A stretch of DNA of 64,000 bases from Rhodospirillales bacterium (GTDB taxonomy: Bacteria > Pseudomonadota > Alphaproteobacteria > Rhodospirillales > UBA2165). The DNA lies in contig JAPPFK010000055.1 in NCBI GenBank assembly GCA_028823885.1, positions 6,971 through 70,970 on the forward strand, written 5' to 3'. Shown here piece by piece: positions 38,768 to 48,297 of this stretch. How positions within the stretch are numbered: the stretch's first letter is position 1; every line of letters begins with the position of its first letter. The position numbers and the translations under genes were made by a program. The notes beneath the pieces were generated by a model. The model had not been told where the DNA came from. It was given only the letters and a program-made list of their open reading frames with translations, and did no database searches.

Positions 38768-40459
38768 ATGAACGAGATCAAGCCTTCCGTCCATCCGGAC
38801 CTGAAAGCTCACCAGGACGGCATGAAGCCCCGGATCTACAAGCTGCGGGACCATATCTACTGCGCTTTCGGCTTCACGGTGGTGAACTGCACCCTGATCG
38901 AGGGTGAGGATTCCTGCATCCTCGTCGACACGATGACCGGCATGGACAATGCCGCGGTGGTCGCCGAGGAGTTCAAGAAGATCACCGACAAGCCGATCAA
39001 GACGGTGATCTACACCCACTTCCATGCCGACCATGTGAGCGGGACGCGCGCCTTTCTCACCGACGAGGAAATCTCGTCCGGCGAGGTGAAGATCATCGGC
39101 CAGGAAGAGCTCGCCGATCACGTAATGCGCGACGTCGGGCTGGTCGGACCGATCATCGGCCGGCGCGCCATGTATCAGTTCGGCATGCGGTTGCCGGTGA
39201 GCGAGGAAGGCACCGTCGGCGCCGGGCTGGGTCCGCCCCAGCGGCCCGGGCCCCGCAGTTTCGTCCCGCCCAACACCACCTTCGAAAGCGTCTACAAGGA
39301 CGAGGTCGGCGGCATCAGGTTCGAGGTCCACCTCAATCCCTCGGAAACCGAGGACCAATGCTGCGTCTGGCTGCCGGATGAAAAGGTGCTGTTGTCGGCC
39401 GACGCCATCTACGAGTCGTTTCCCAACGTCTACGCGCTCCGCGGCACCCGGTTCCGCAACCCCATGGTCTGGGCCCAGGGGATTGATCACCTGCGGGAGT
39501 TCGGGGCCGAGCTGCTGATCCCGCATCACGGCCGGCCGGTCGAAGGCGCGGAGGAGATCGACGCCTTGATGACCGAATACCGGGACGCCATTCAGTTCGT
39601 CCACGATCAGACGCTCCGCTATATGAACAAGGGCTACCGGCCGGACGAGATCAAGGAAGTCGTCGAGATGCCGGACCGGCTCAAGGATCATCCCTGGCTC
39701 GGCGAGTATTACGGCTCGTACAAGCATTCGATCCCGGCGATCTATGCCGGCTATCTCGGCTGGTATCAGGGCGATCCGGTGGCCCTGAGTCCAACGCCGT
39801 GGCGGGAAAAGGCGAAGCGCTACGTGGTGATGATGGGCGGCCGGAGCACGGTTCTCGCCAAGGCGACGGAAGCCATCGACAACGGCGACGATCAGTGGGG
39901 GGCGGAGCTCCTGACGTGGCTGATCCAGGCCGACGTCGACGACCGGGAGGCGCGCAACCTGAAAGCCCGGGCATTGCGCGCCTGGGGTTACCGGCAGAAG
40001 AACGCCACCTGGCGGAACTGGGGCCTGACCAGCGCCCTGGAGCTCGAGGGCGAACTCGATTTGGCGGGCGGCGGCATGGTGCTGGGATCACCCGATCAGG
40101 TCCGCGGGTTCCCGCTCGCCGCCATCCTCCAGGTCATGACCGTGCGGCTGAAGGCCGAAGAGGCCTGGGACACCAATCTGCGCGTGGCGTTCGAGACCAC
40201 CGACACCAACGAGGCCTGCGCGTTGGAGATCAGGCGCGGTGTCTGCCAGTTCTTCCGCGACCCGCCCGCCGAACGGGACGCGGCGATGAAGTTCTCTCGC
40301 GAGTTCCTGCTCAAGTGGGTGTTCGGGCAGACCACCCTCGACGAGGCGATCGCCGCCGGCGACGTGACCATCGACGGCGAGGCGGCGACGGTGACCGAAT
40401 TCATTTCCAAGTTCGAGGCATTCAACGAGGCGGCCGACATTTCGGTCGCGGCGCGCTAG
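38768..40459 (+). CDS. MBL-fold alkyl/aryl-sulfatase (SdsA1/YjcS-like)
   Basis: THFHADHVSG metallo-beta-lactamase motif, 563 aa, with the C-terminal dimerisation and SCP2-like region typical of type III sulfatases. Confidence 0.75.
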   Translation: MNEIKPSVHPDLKAHQDGMKPRIYKLRDHIYCAFGFTVVNCTLIEGEDSCILVDTMTGMDNAAVVAEEFKKITDKPIKTVIYTHFHADHVSGTRAFLTDEEISSGEVKIIGQEELADHVMRDVGLVGPIIGRRAMYQFGMRLPVSEEGTVGAGLGPPQRPGPRSFVPPNTTFESVYKDEVGGIRFEVHLNPSETEDQCCVWLPDEKVLLSADAIYESFPNVYALRGTRFRNPMVWAQGIDHLREFGAELLIPHHGRPVEGAEEIDALMTEYRDAIQFVHDQTLRYMNKGYRPDEIKEVVEMPDRLKDHPWLGEYYGSYKHSIPAIYAGYLGWYQGDPVALSPTPWREKAKRYVVMMGGRSTVLAKATEAIDNGDDQWGAELLTWLIQADVDDREARNLKARALRAWGYRQKNATWRNWGLTSALELEGELDLAGGGMVLGSPDQVRGFPLAAILQVMTVRLKAEEAWDTNLRVAFETTDTNEACALEIRRGVCQFFRDPPAERDAAMKFSREFLLKWVFGQTTLDEAIAAGDVTIDGEAATVTEFISKFEAFNEAADISVAAR

Positions 40460-40476
40460 AGGATCAGGAGGAAGAC

Positions 40477-41274
40477 ATGGCTGAACCCGCTCAGGCGGCA
40501 AACCCGAGGCCGAAGAAAAAGCGCCCGCCCCCCAAGCGCGCCGAGGTCATCAAGGTCGAGCGGATCGTCCCGCGGCTCACGCGGGTAACCTTCGGCGGCG
40601 GGGACATGGCGGCCTTCTCGATGCCCAAACCGGGTGCGCATATCAAACTTCTGTTTCCGGAGCCGGGCGTCACCTGGTCGCCGGCCGACACGGATGCCCC
40701 CCGGCCGCCGAGCCGTACCTATACGCCCCGGCGGTTCGATGCCGATACTCACGAATTGGACGTGGAGGTGGTTCACCACGGCGAGGGGCTCGCGGCCAAC
40801 TGGGTGCGGACCGCCAAGCCGGGAGACGAGTTGTTCATCGGCGGCCCGGGCGGGGGGCTGGATATCCCGGACGGCACGACCCACGCCGTGTTGCTGGCCG
40901 ACGAAACGGCCATGCCGGCAGCCGGGATGATCCTCGAGGCGCTGCCGGAGGACTGCGAGGCGGTCGTCTTCTGTGAAGTGGCGGATGCGGACGACGAACG
41001 GCCGCTAAGCGCGGTCCGGGGGGTTTCGCCCACGTGGCTGCATCGCGCGGAAACCGGCGCGGTCCAGGGAAGCCTCCTGGAGCATGCCGCAAAGACCCTG
41101 GGCGACATGCCGGAGACGACGCTCTGGTGGATTGCCTGCGAGGCGGGCGCCATGCGCCGGGTCCGCAGGCACCTGATGGACGGCCGGGGCGTCGAGAAGG
41201 CGTGGATGAACACCCGGGGATATTGGCGGCTGGGAGAGACCAACTACCCCGATCACGATTACGGTGAAGATTAG
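40477..41274 (+). CDS. siderophore-interacting-protein-like FAD-binding reductase (FAD_binding_9 family)
   Basis: RTYTPRRFD (RxYT FAD motif), GLAANWVRTAKPGDELFIGGPGG and LLADETAMPAAG. Confidence 0.7.
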   Translation: MAEPAQAANPRPKKKRPPPKRAEVIKVERIVPRLTRVTFGGGDMAAFSMPKPGAHIKLLFPEPGVTWSPADTDAPRPPSRTYTPRRFDADTHELDVEVVHHGEGLAANWVRTAKPGDELFIGGPGGGLDIPDGTTHAVLLADETAMPAAGMILEALPEDCEAVVFCEVADADDERPLSAVRGVSPTWLHRAETGAVQGSLLEHAAKTLGDMPETTLWWIACEAGAMRRVRRHLMDGRGVEKAWMNTRGYWRLGETNYPDHDYGED

Positions 41275-41471
41275 CGGAAGCGTGACCGTCCGTCATGCGG
41301 GCGGTTGGGCGGGAGAAAATTGCGGCCGGCCGCCGAACTCGGCCATAAACCAACGAGAGCGGGTCAATCCGCCGGGCAAACGGACTGACAGGGACATGCG
41401 GGAGACGGGCGATCGGTAACGGGTCCCCTTCGTACGACTACATCATCGTCGGCGCCGGATCGGCGGGCTGT

Positions 41472-43049
41472 GTGCTGGCCAACCGGTTGAGCGCCGACGG
41501 GGCCAGTATATTGCTGCTGGAAGCCGGCAAGACGGATCGAAACTGGCTGATCCATGTGCCCCTCGGCGTCGGCAAAATCTGGCAGTCCCCGGCCTACAAC
41601 TGGAAGTACAACTCGGAGCCCGAGCCGGGGCTCGACAACCGCTCGGTGTGGCACCCGCGAGGCCGGGTGGTGGGCGGATCGTCGTCGATCAACATGATGG
41701 CCTATGTCCGGGGCCATCGCGCGGACTACGACCGCTGGCGGCAGAAGGGGCTCGAAGGCTGGTCCTTTGCCGACGTGCTGCCCTACTTCAAGCGCATGGA
41801 ATCCTATGACGGCGGGGCCGACGACTACCGGGGCGATTCCGGGCCGCTGCGCTGCATCGAGCATTGGGGGCAGGATCCCCTGTTCGATGCCTTCGTCGAA
41901 GCGGGCAAGGAGGCCGGATTCGGCTACACCGAGGATTTCAACGGCGCCGAGCAGGAAGGCGTCTGCCGGATGCAGTTTTCCATCGGCGACGGCAAGCGTT
42001 TTTCGTCCGCGACCGCCTATCTGCGCCCGGCGCTCAAGCGGGGCAATATCACGGTCAAGACCGGCGCCCAGGCCGCCCGAGTGGTGTTCGACGGCAACAG
42101 GGCGGCGGGCATCGACTACAAGGACGGAAGCGGCGAGGCCCGGGCCCATGCCGAGCGGGACGTGATCCTCTGCGGCGGCGCGTACAACTCTCCCCATTTG
42201 CTGATGCTGTCCGGCATCGGGCCCGCCGGCCATCTCCGGGAGATGGGCATAGAGGTGCGGGCGGACCGCGGGAATGTCGGCGAGAACCTGCAGGATCATA
42301 CGTCGGTCGGCGTCGACTATGCCTATGCCAAGCCGTCCCCCTATTATAAGTCGCTGCGCCTCGATCGGCTTGCCGTCAACATGATCCGCGCCTACGTTTT
42401 CCGCGAGGGACCTGCCACGCTGCCGCCGGGCGCCGGCACGGCTTTCCTGAAAAGCCGTCCCGAGGCCGACATTCCCGACGTCCAGATGTTCTTTCGTCCG
42501 GTGAACATGTTCGCCAAGGAATGGTTCCCGGTGATCATGCCGTCGCCGCCGGAGGGCTTTTCGCTTCGGACCTGCCATCTGCGGCCGGAAAGCCGGGGCT
42601 GGGTCAGGCTGCGCTCCGGCGATCCCTTTGATCACGCGCGGGTCTTCAATGATTTTCTGTCGACGGAAACCGACCGCCGGGCGCTCCGGGACAGCATCCG
42701 GATGATGCGCGAGATCGCCCATCAACCGGCCCTCGACGGCTATCGGGGCAAGGAGTTGGCGCCCGGCGAGGATGTTACGAGCCAGGACGGCATCGACGCC
42801 TTTATCCGCCAGACCATGATGACCGTGTTCCATCCCATCGGCACATGCCGCATGGGGTCCGACGACGCTTCTGTGGTCGATCTGGAATTCCGCGTCCGCG
42901 GGGTCGAGGGCTTACGAGTGGTCGATGCCTCGGTGATGCCCGATCTGGTGGGCGGCAATATCAATATTCCCGTGATGATGGTTGCCGAGAAAGCGTCCGA
43001 TGTGATTTTAGGAAAACCGCCTTTGCCCGCGGCGGAATTACAGGTGTGA
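41472..43049 (+). CDS. GMC family oxidoreductase (choline dehydrogenase-like); 5' end unresolved
   Basis: GMC signatures GGSSSINMMAY and HPIGTCRMG. The FAD motif YDYIIVGAGSAGC is encoded in frame upstream at 41433-41471, but no ATG, GTG or TTG precedes it. Confidence 0.85.
   Translation: MLANRLSADGASILLLEAGKTDRNWLIHVPLGVGKIWQSPAYNWKYNSEPEPGLDNRSVWHPRGRVVGGSSSINMMAYVRGHRADYDRWRQKGLEGWSFADVLPYFKRMESYDGGADDYRGDSGPLRCIEHWGQDPLFDAFVEAGKEAGFGYTEDFNGAEQEGVCRMQFSIGDGKRFSSATAYLRPALKRGNITVKTGAQAARVVFDGNRAAGIDYKDGSGEARAHAERDVILCGGAYNSPHLLMLSGIGPAGHLREMGIEVRADRGNVGENLQDHTSVGVDYAYAKPSPYYKSLRLDRLAVNMIRAYVFREGPATLPPGAGTAFLKSRPEADIPDVQMFFRPVNMFAKEWFPVIMPSPPEGFSLRTCHLRPESRGWVRLRSGDPFDHARVFNDFLSTETDRRALRDSIRMMREIAHQPALDGYRGKELAPGEDVTSQDGIDAFIRQTMMTVFHPIGTCRMGSDDASVVDLEFRVRGVEGLRVVDASVMPDLVGGNINIPVMMVAEKASDVILGKPPLPAAELQV
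42971..43035 (+). repeat. direct repeat copy A (3' end of the GMC gene)
   Basis: 55 of 65 nt identical by hand alignment to 46281-46345, at an offset of 3310 bp. Confidence 0.7.
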
Positions 43050-43216
43050 AAATGGGCGAACCGAGACCGCATTTTGCCGAAACTGGCTGCCCGGGGTGGG
43101 TGCAGGCCTATGAAAGTCAGCCGGCTTGTGGTCTCTTGCATGTAGACTTGGATAGACGGGTGCGCTGGCGCAGGCCGGCGGACCACAGGAATCATCTCTA
43201 ACAGGAGTTTTTAGAC

Positions 43217-44251
43217 ATGAAGAAAGTATTGGCAGTAACCGCACTCGCTGTGGGTGCCTCGGCCATGTTCGGGGCCACACAGGCGCAAGCAGCGGAACGT
43301 TGGACCTGTAACGTCTTTACCGGTCCCAAGCACTACGTGAACAAGGGCCTGAAGCCCTGGGGCAAGGAAGTCGGTAAAGTCACCAATGGCGAGGTCAAGA
43401 TCAACTTCCTGCCGGCCAACGCCGCTCCGCCGCCGAAGCAGTTGAACGGCATCGTCGCGGGCACATTCGACTGCGCGTTCATCTTCCATGCGTTTACGGC
43501 GAAGCAGGCCGCCGGTCCCGCCTTCGGCATCCTGCCGTTCCTGAACTCCGGCGGCGCCGAGTTGGGCGGCGCGGCCTATTGGCGGTCGTGGAAGGGAAAC
43601 TTCGAAGACAAGAAGGAATTCGACAAGCTGGGCATCAAGATCCTCAGCATGTTCCAATTCTCCCCTGTCCATTTCTTCACCGCGACGGACACGCCGATCA
43701 ACTCCATCGCCGACATGAAGAGCCAGAAAATGTGGGCGCTTGCGGGCACATCTTCCAAGACCATGAAGGTTGCCGGCGTGAGCCACGTCTCGGGCCCGGC
43801 GGCGCGTCTCGGTGAGTTTACCCAGACCAAGGTCGTTCAAGGCCTCGCCGGCATCACCCGCGGCGGCATCGTCAACTTCGCCGGCGAGCAGTTCGCGAAA
43901 CACGGGACGTTTACGGCCAACTCGATCATGATGCCGTCCTTTGCCTGGATGGTGTCGAAAAAGAAGTGGGAATCGCTGAACGGCGGCCAGAAAAAGGCGA
44001 TCGCGGCTATCTCCGGCGAAAAACTGGCCCGCAGCATCGGCCGTGCCTCCGACGCATTCGAGGAGGTTGCCAAAGTGAGGCTCGCCAAGGTCGGCATGAA
44101 GGAGCACAAGGCGACCGCGGCTTTTGAAGCGGAACTGGAGAAAGCCGGCAAGCCGCAATATGACGCGTGGTTCAAGCGTGTCAAAGCCCTGGGTGTCGAT
44201 GGCCCCAAGGTGATCGAACAGTACCAGAGCATCGTCCGGGCCGGCTCCTAA
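43217..44251 (+). CDS. dctP: TRAP transporter substrate-binding protein (DctP family)
   Basis: Signal peptide MKKVLAVTALAVGASAMFGATQAQA. 344 aa. AGGAG SD. Followed by DctQ and DctM genes. Confidence 0.8.
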   Translation: MKKVLAVTALAVGASAMFGATQAQAAERWTCNVFTGPKHYVNKGLKPWGKEVGKVTNGEVKINFLPANAAPPPKQLNGIVAGTFDCAFIFHAFTAKQAAGPAFGILPFLNSGGAELGGAAYWRSWKGNFEDKKEFDKLGIKILSMFQFSPVHFFTATDTPINSIADMKSQKMWALAGTSSKTMKVAGVSHVSGPAARLGEFTQTKVVQGLAGITRGGIVNFAGEQFAKHGTFTANSIMMPSFAWMVSKKKWESLNGGQKKAIAAISGEKLARSIGRASDAFEEVAKVRLAKVGMKEHKATAAFEAELEKAGKPQYDAWFKRVKALGVDGPKVIEQYQSIVRAGS

Positions 44252-44298
44252 ACGGCACGGGAAAGCGGGCGAATTAGATCCGCACGAAATCTGCTGAC

Positions 44299-44333
44299 GG
44301 CGGCGCCGGAAAACCGGGTTTTTCGGCGCCGCC
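44299..44333 (+). terminator. intercistronic GC-rich hairpin between dctP and dctQ (attenuator/stabiliser)
   Basis: GGCGGCGCCG-gaaaaccgggttttt-CGGCGCCGCC, a 10-bp perfect stem. Confidence 0.45.
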
Positions 44334-44386
44334 CTTAGCATCGGGGCGGGGGCAATCAACGGACCTGTGAGAGGCGGGTAATCCAC

Positions 44387-44926
44387 ATGATCGGGCTGAC
44401 TGATTTTCTGCACAAAATCATCAAGGTGCTCGCGGCGGTAGCGCTTCTGGTGATGATGGTTCTCACGTTCAGTGACGTGAACCTCCGCTATTGGCTCGGC
44501 GAACCCATCCTCGGCAGCAACGAGATGACCGAATTTCTGCTGGGGACCATCGTCTTCTCGGGTCTGGTCATCGTTTCCGGTGAGCGCTCGCACATCATGG
44601 TGACCCTGTTCGAGCCGTTCCTGATGAAGAAGATTCCCTACATCTACAGACTGCTTGGCCTGTTCACGAACATTGCCGGCATTATTGCGGTCACGCTGCT
44701 GATCGCGAACTACACCCAATTCATGCACAGCCAGGGAAACGAGACCGAAATCCGCGAATGGGAGTGGTGGTGGCTGGGCACGCTCCTGACCGCTCTGGCC
44801 GTGATCGCCATTCTCATGGCGGTCCGGTCCATACGGAGGCCGCTCAAGCAGATGGGCGCCGAGGACTTCGGCGCCGTCGACACCGGGGACGGCGCCCAAC
44901 GGCCCGAACAGGGAGGCCAGGCGTAG
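44387..44926 (+). CDS. dctQ: TRAP transporter small permease (DctQ family)
   Basis: 179 aa with four TM helices, located between dctP and dctM. Confidence 0.75.
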   Translation: MIGLTDFLHKIIKVLAAVALLVMMVLTFSDVNLRYWLGEPILGSNEMTEFLLGTIVFSGLVIVSGERSHIMVTLFEPFLMKKIPYIYRLLGLFTNIAGIIAVTLLIANYTQFMHSQGNETEIREWEWWWLGTLLTALAVIAILMAVRSIRRPLKQMGAEDFGAVDTGDGAQRPEQGGQA

Positions 44927-44928
44927 TC

Positions 44929-46257
44929 ATGGCAGTCTCACTTCTTGCATTCGTCGTCCTCCTGGGCCTGAGCTTCGTCGGCATCCCGCTGGCCTATGCG
45001 ACCCTCGCGGTCGGCTTCTTCGGTTTCTGGTACGTCCGGGGCGATTTCTTCGGCGCGGTCATTCTTTCGGGCCAGGAGATATTCGATTTTTCGACCTTGT
45101 TCGGTCTGTCGGTGGTGCCGCTGTTTATCATGATGGGAACCCTCATCCAGCGAGCCAACATTTCGGATGAACTCTTCGAGGCCGGCTATGCCTGGGTCGG
45201 AAAGTACAAGGGCGGACTCGCCATGGCGACCGTCCTGTCCTGCGCCGGCTTCTCGGCCGTTTCCGGCAGTTCGCTGGCGACGGCCGCCACTATGGCGCGG
45301 GTCGCCATGCCGCCCATGCGGAAGTACAAGTACAAGGACTCCCTGGCGTCCGGGACGCTGGCCGCCGGCGGAACGCTCGGGATCATGATCCCGCCCAGCG
45401 TGCCGATGATCATCTACGGCATCGTCACGGAAACCAATATCGGGCTGATGTTCATCGCCGGCGTGATACCGGGCATCCTGCTGACGCTTTCCTACATGGG
45501 GGCGGTGTACGGCAGCGTGCTGGTCAAGCCCGAACTCGGGCCGCCCGGGGACCCGGTCGGTTGGGCCGAACGGCGCCGGACCCTCTACAAGACCTGGCCG
45601 ATCTTCGTCCTGTTCCTGCTCGTGCTGGGCGGCATCTATCTCGGCGTGTTTACGCCGACCGAGGCGGGCGCCGTCGGTTGCGTCGGCGCGTTCATGTTTG
45701 CCTTGTCGCGCGGCCGGATGCGGACCATTCGGGAGATAATCGACGTGGCGGCCGATGCGAGCATCGTAACGGCGCGGATTTTCATTATCGGCGGCGCGGC
45801 ATTGATTTTCGGCCAATTCCTGAATTTCGCAGGCCTTTCCGGGGCCTTGGTCGACTTCACCGACGCGCTCAACCTGGGCCCGTTCACCCTGCCGCTGATG
45901 ATCTGCGTGATTTGCGTCATTTTGGGCATGATCTTCGAGAGCATCGGCATTCTGCTGCTGATCGTTCCGGTGTTCCTGCCGTCCCTCGAGGCGGTCGCCG
46001 GCGCATCCGGCATCCCGCCGGAGTTCTACCTGGTCTGGTTCGGGATCATCGTGATCATCGTCGTCGAGCTGGGCCTGATCACGCCGCCGATCGGAATCAA
46101 CGTGTTCACGGTAAAATCGGTGATTCCGGACATAGACCTGACAAAGATCTTTATCGGCGTCGTACCGTTCGTGATTGCCGATCTCGTTGTCCTGGCGCTG
46201 ATATTCCTGCTTCCGGGCCTGGCGATCTTCCTGCCATCGGTGATGCCGTCGTTTTAA
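44929..46257 (+). CDS. dctM: TRAP transporter large permease (DctM family)
   Basis: Start at MAVSLLAFVV. GGLAMATVLSCAGFSAVSGSSLATAATMA and ITPPIGINVFT parallel the first DctM. Confidence 0.9.
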   Translation: MAVSLLAFVVLLGLSFVGIPLAYATLAVGFFGFWYVRGDFFGAVILSGQEIFDFSTLFGLSVVPLFIMMGTLIQRANISDELFEAGYAWVGKYKGGLAMATVLSCAGFSAVSGSSLATAATMARVAMPPMRKYKYKDSLASGTLAAGGTLGIMIPPSVPMIIYGIVTETNIGLMFIAGVIPGILLTLSYMGAVYGSVLVKPELGPPGDPVGWAERRRTLYKTWPIFVLFLLVLGGIYLGVFTPTEAGAVGCVGAFMFALSRGRMRTIREIIDVAADASIVTARIFIIGGAALIFGQFLNFAGLSGALVDFTDALNLGPFTLPLMICVICVILGMIFESIGILLLIVPVFLPSLEAVAGASGIPPEFYLVWFGIIVIIVVELGLITPPIGINVFTVKSVIPDIDLTKIFIGVVPFVIADLVVLALIFLLPGLAIFLPSVMPSF

Positions 46258-46261
46258 CTTC

Positions 46262-46345
46262 CAGGCCGCATCGGCGTGCCGGTGATGATGGTTGCCGGAA
46301 ATGCGTCTGATGCTATTCTCGGAAATCCGCCTTTGCCCGCGGCGG
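46262..46345 (+). pseudogene. remnant of a GMC oxidoreductase 3' end (direct repeat copy B)
   Basis: Translates as GRIGVPVMMVAGNASDAILGNPPLPAA, against GGNINIPVMMVAEKASDVILGKPPLPAA at the end of the intact GMC gene. It begins right after the dctM stop, has no upstream coding part, and has lost the stop codon. Confidence 0.65.
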
Positions 46346-46370
46346 TAAAAAAAAAGGGAGGCAGGGCGTT

Positions 46371-48275
46371 ATGGGAATGGACAGCATCGTCCGTTGGAGC
46401 CGGGTGGTCGCCGACTTGTTGGCGTTGGGGCTGGCGGGGTTCGCCATTTACGTTGCCGGTTTCGGCGTGTTCGACGAGGTTTGGGTGCGCGCCGGGACGA
46501 CGGGCCTGCCCATCCTGATCTCCATTCTTTATTTCTCGTCCGAAAGCCTGGATGTGAAGCGCGACGATGTCCGCGTCGGTTCGGTGGTGCTCAACGCAGT
46601 CTTCTTTGCCGGGTTCTTCCTGATCTACTACCTGTGGATCACGTTGATGACCGAGCAGATGGACTTCTTCGTCGAGTTCACGACCTTCGACTATGCGGTG
46701 GGGTTCATGGGCGTCGGCCTCATTTTCTATCTGACGCTCCGGCATTTCGGCGTGCCCCTCTTTCTGGTCTGCCTCCTGTCGCTGCTGATCCTGTTTTTCG
46801 GCAATTTGATTCCGGGTACGCTGAATATCCCCGAGGTCAAATGGTTCCTGATTTCAGAGAAGCTCTGGTACTCCACCGACGGCGTTTTCGGCCGCCCGGT
46901 GGCGGTGGTCGGGCAGATCGTCTTGGTGTTTATCCTGTTCGGCGCCATCCTGGAAGCCAGCGGCGCCGGGGCGACATTGCTGAAATTCGCCTTTGCCGTC
47001 ACCGGTCGGCTGCGCGGCGGCCCGGCTCATGCCGCCATCGTCGGCAGCGCCAGCTTCGGGACCATGAACGGAGCCGCCGTCGCAAACGTGGTGACCACGG
47101 GCGTTTTCACCATCCCGATGATCAAGCGCACCGGGTTCCAGCCGAAGTTCGCCGGCGCCGTCGAGGCCACCGCCTCATCCGGCGGCCAGATCATGCCGCC
47201 GGTGATGGGCGCCGTCGCCTTCCTGATGGCGGACATCACCGGCATCCCCTACCTCGACATCATCGTTGCCGCGGCCATCCCGGCGCTGATGTACTACTTC
47301 AGCCTGTTTACCGTCGTGTGGCTGGAGGCCCGCAAAATGGGGCTGGAGCCGACCCCCAAGTCCGAACGCGTCAGCCTGACCGGCACCGACTGGATCCGCT
47401 CGATTTCCTTCTTCGTGCCGCTGGGCGTCATTGTCGCTGTGCTGCTGACCGGCCGCACGGCGCAAAATGCCGGATTCTACGGGCTGATCACCGCGTTTGT
47501 TCTGTCCCTGGTGCTGTATCCGGAATTTCGGTCCATCCGAGTGATTCTGCAGGCGCTGATGCGGGGCGGAAGGACATGCGCCACCATCATGATCGTGGTT
47601 GCGGCCATCGGCTTCGTCGTCGGCATGGTCAATATGTCGGGCCTCGGCATCAAGTTTGCCGCCGCCATCCTGACCATCTCCGGGGACAGTCTGTTCCTGT
47701 CGCTGGTCGTCGTGGCCATCGGCTGCCTGCTCTTGGGCATGGGCGTGCCGGTCGGCGCGGCCTACCTGATCATCGTGCTGATCATCGGTCCGGCCATCGG
47801 CAAGCTCGGTCTCTCGCTGCTGCTGACACACCTGTTCGTCATTTATTACGCGGTGCTGTCCGCCATTACACCGCCGGTTGCGGTGGCCGCGTTCGCGGCG
47901 GCGCCTATCGCCGGCTCCAAGCCCATCGAGACCGGCGTGGTCGCGGTGCGCCTCGCCATCGCCGGCTTCCTGATTCCTTTCATCTTCGTCTACCACCCCA
48001 GTGTCGTGTTGCTGGAGGAAGGCTTCAGCTACGTCGGCTTGGCCTGGGGGGTGGGTGCATTTATTTTCTCCACTGCGGCAATTGCGACATCGCTTGGCGG
48101 ATTTTCGCGGGCCGATATCGGCATTGTCCAGCGGACGGTCAGATTAATCGCGGGGGTCACCGTTTTGGTCCCCGTTCCTATGGTCGCGGCGACAAGTGCC
48201 GCGGTTATACTCGGGGCGTTCGTAGTGGAACGCATGATGGGCGCAATGCCGGTTGAGCAGCGCGCCGATAACTAA
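46371..48275 (+). CDS. TAXI-type TRAP transporter fused permease (DctQ-DctM fusion)
   Basis: 634 aa polytopic protein. GGQIMPPVMGAVAFLMA motif. Followed by a TAXI-family binding protein. Confidence 0.85.
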   Translation: MGMDSIVRWSRVVADLLALGLAGFAIYVAGFGVFDEVWVRAGTTGLPILISILYFSSESLDVKRDDVRVGSVVLNAVFFAGFFLIYYLWITLMTEQMDFFVEFTTFDYAVGFMGVGLIFYLTLRHFGVPLFLVCLLSLLILFFGNLIPGTLNIPEVKWFLISEKLWYSTDGVFGRPVAVVGQIVLVFILFGAILEASGAGATLLKFAFAVTGRLRGGPAHAAIVGSASFGTMNGAAVANVVTTGVFTIPMIKRTGFQPKFAGAVEATASSGGQIMPPVMGAVAFLMADITGIPYLDIIVAAAIPALMYYFSLFTVVWLEARKMGLEPTPKSERVSLTGTDWIRSISFFVPLGVIVAVLLTGRTAQNAGFYGLITAFVLSLVLYPEFRSIRVILQALMRGGRTCATIMIVVAAIGFVVGMVNMSGLGIKFAAAILTISGDSLFLSLVVVAIGCLLLGMGVPVGAAYLIIVLIIGPAIGKLGLSLLLTHLFVIYYAVLSAITPPVAVAAFAAAPIAGSKPIETGVVAVRLAIAGFLIPFIFVYHPSVVLLEEGFSYVGLAWGVGAFIFSTAAIATSLGGFSRADIGIVQRTVRLIAGVTVLVPVPMVAATSAAVILGAFVVERMMGAMPVEQRADN

Positions 48276-48297
48276 ACAAAACGGAGGTAAACGACCA

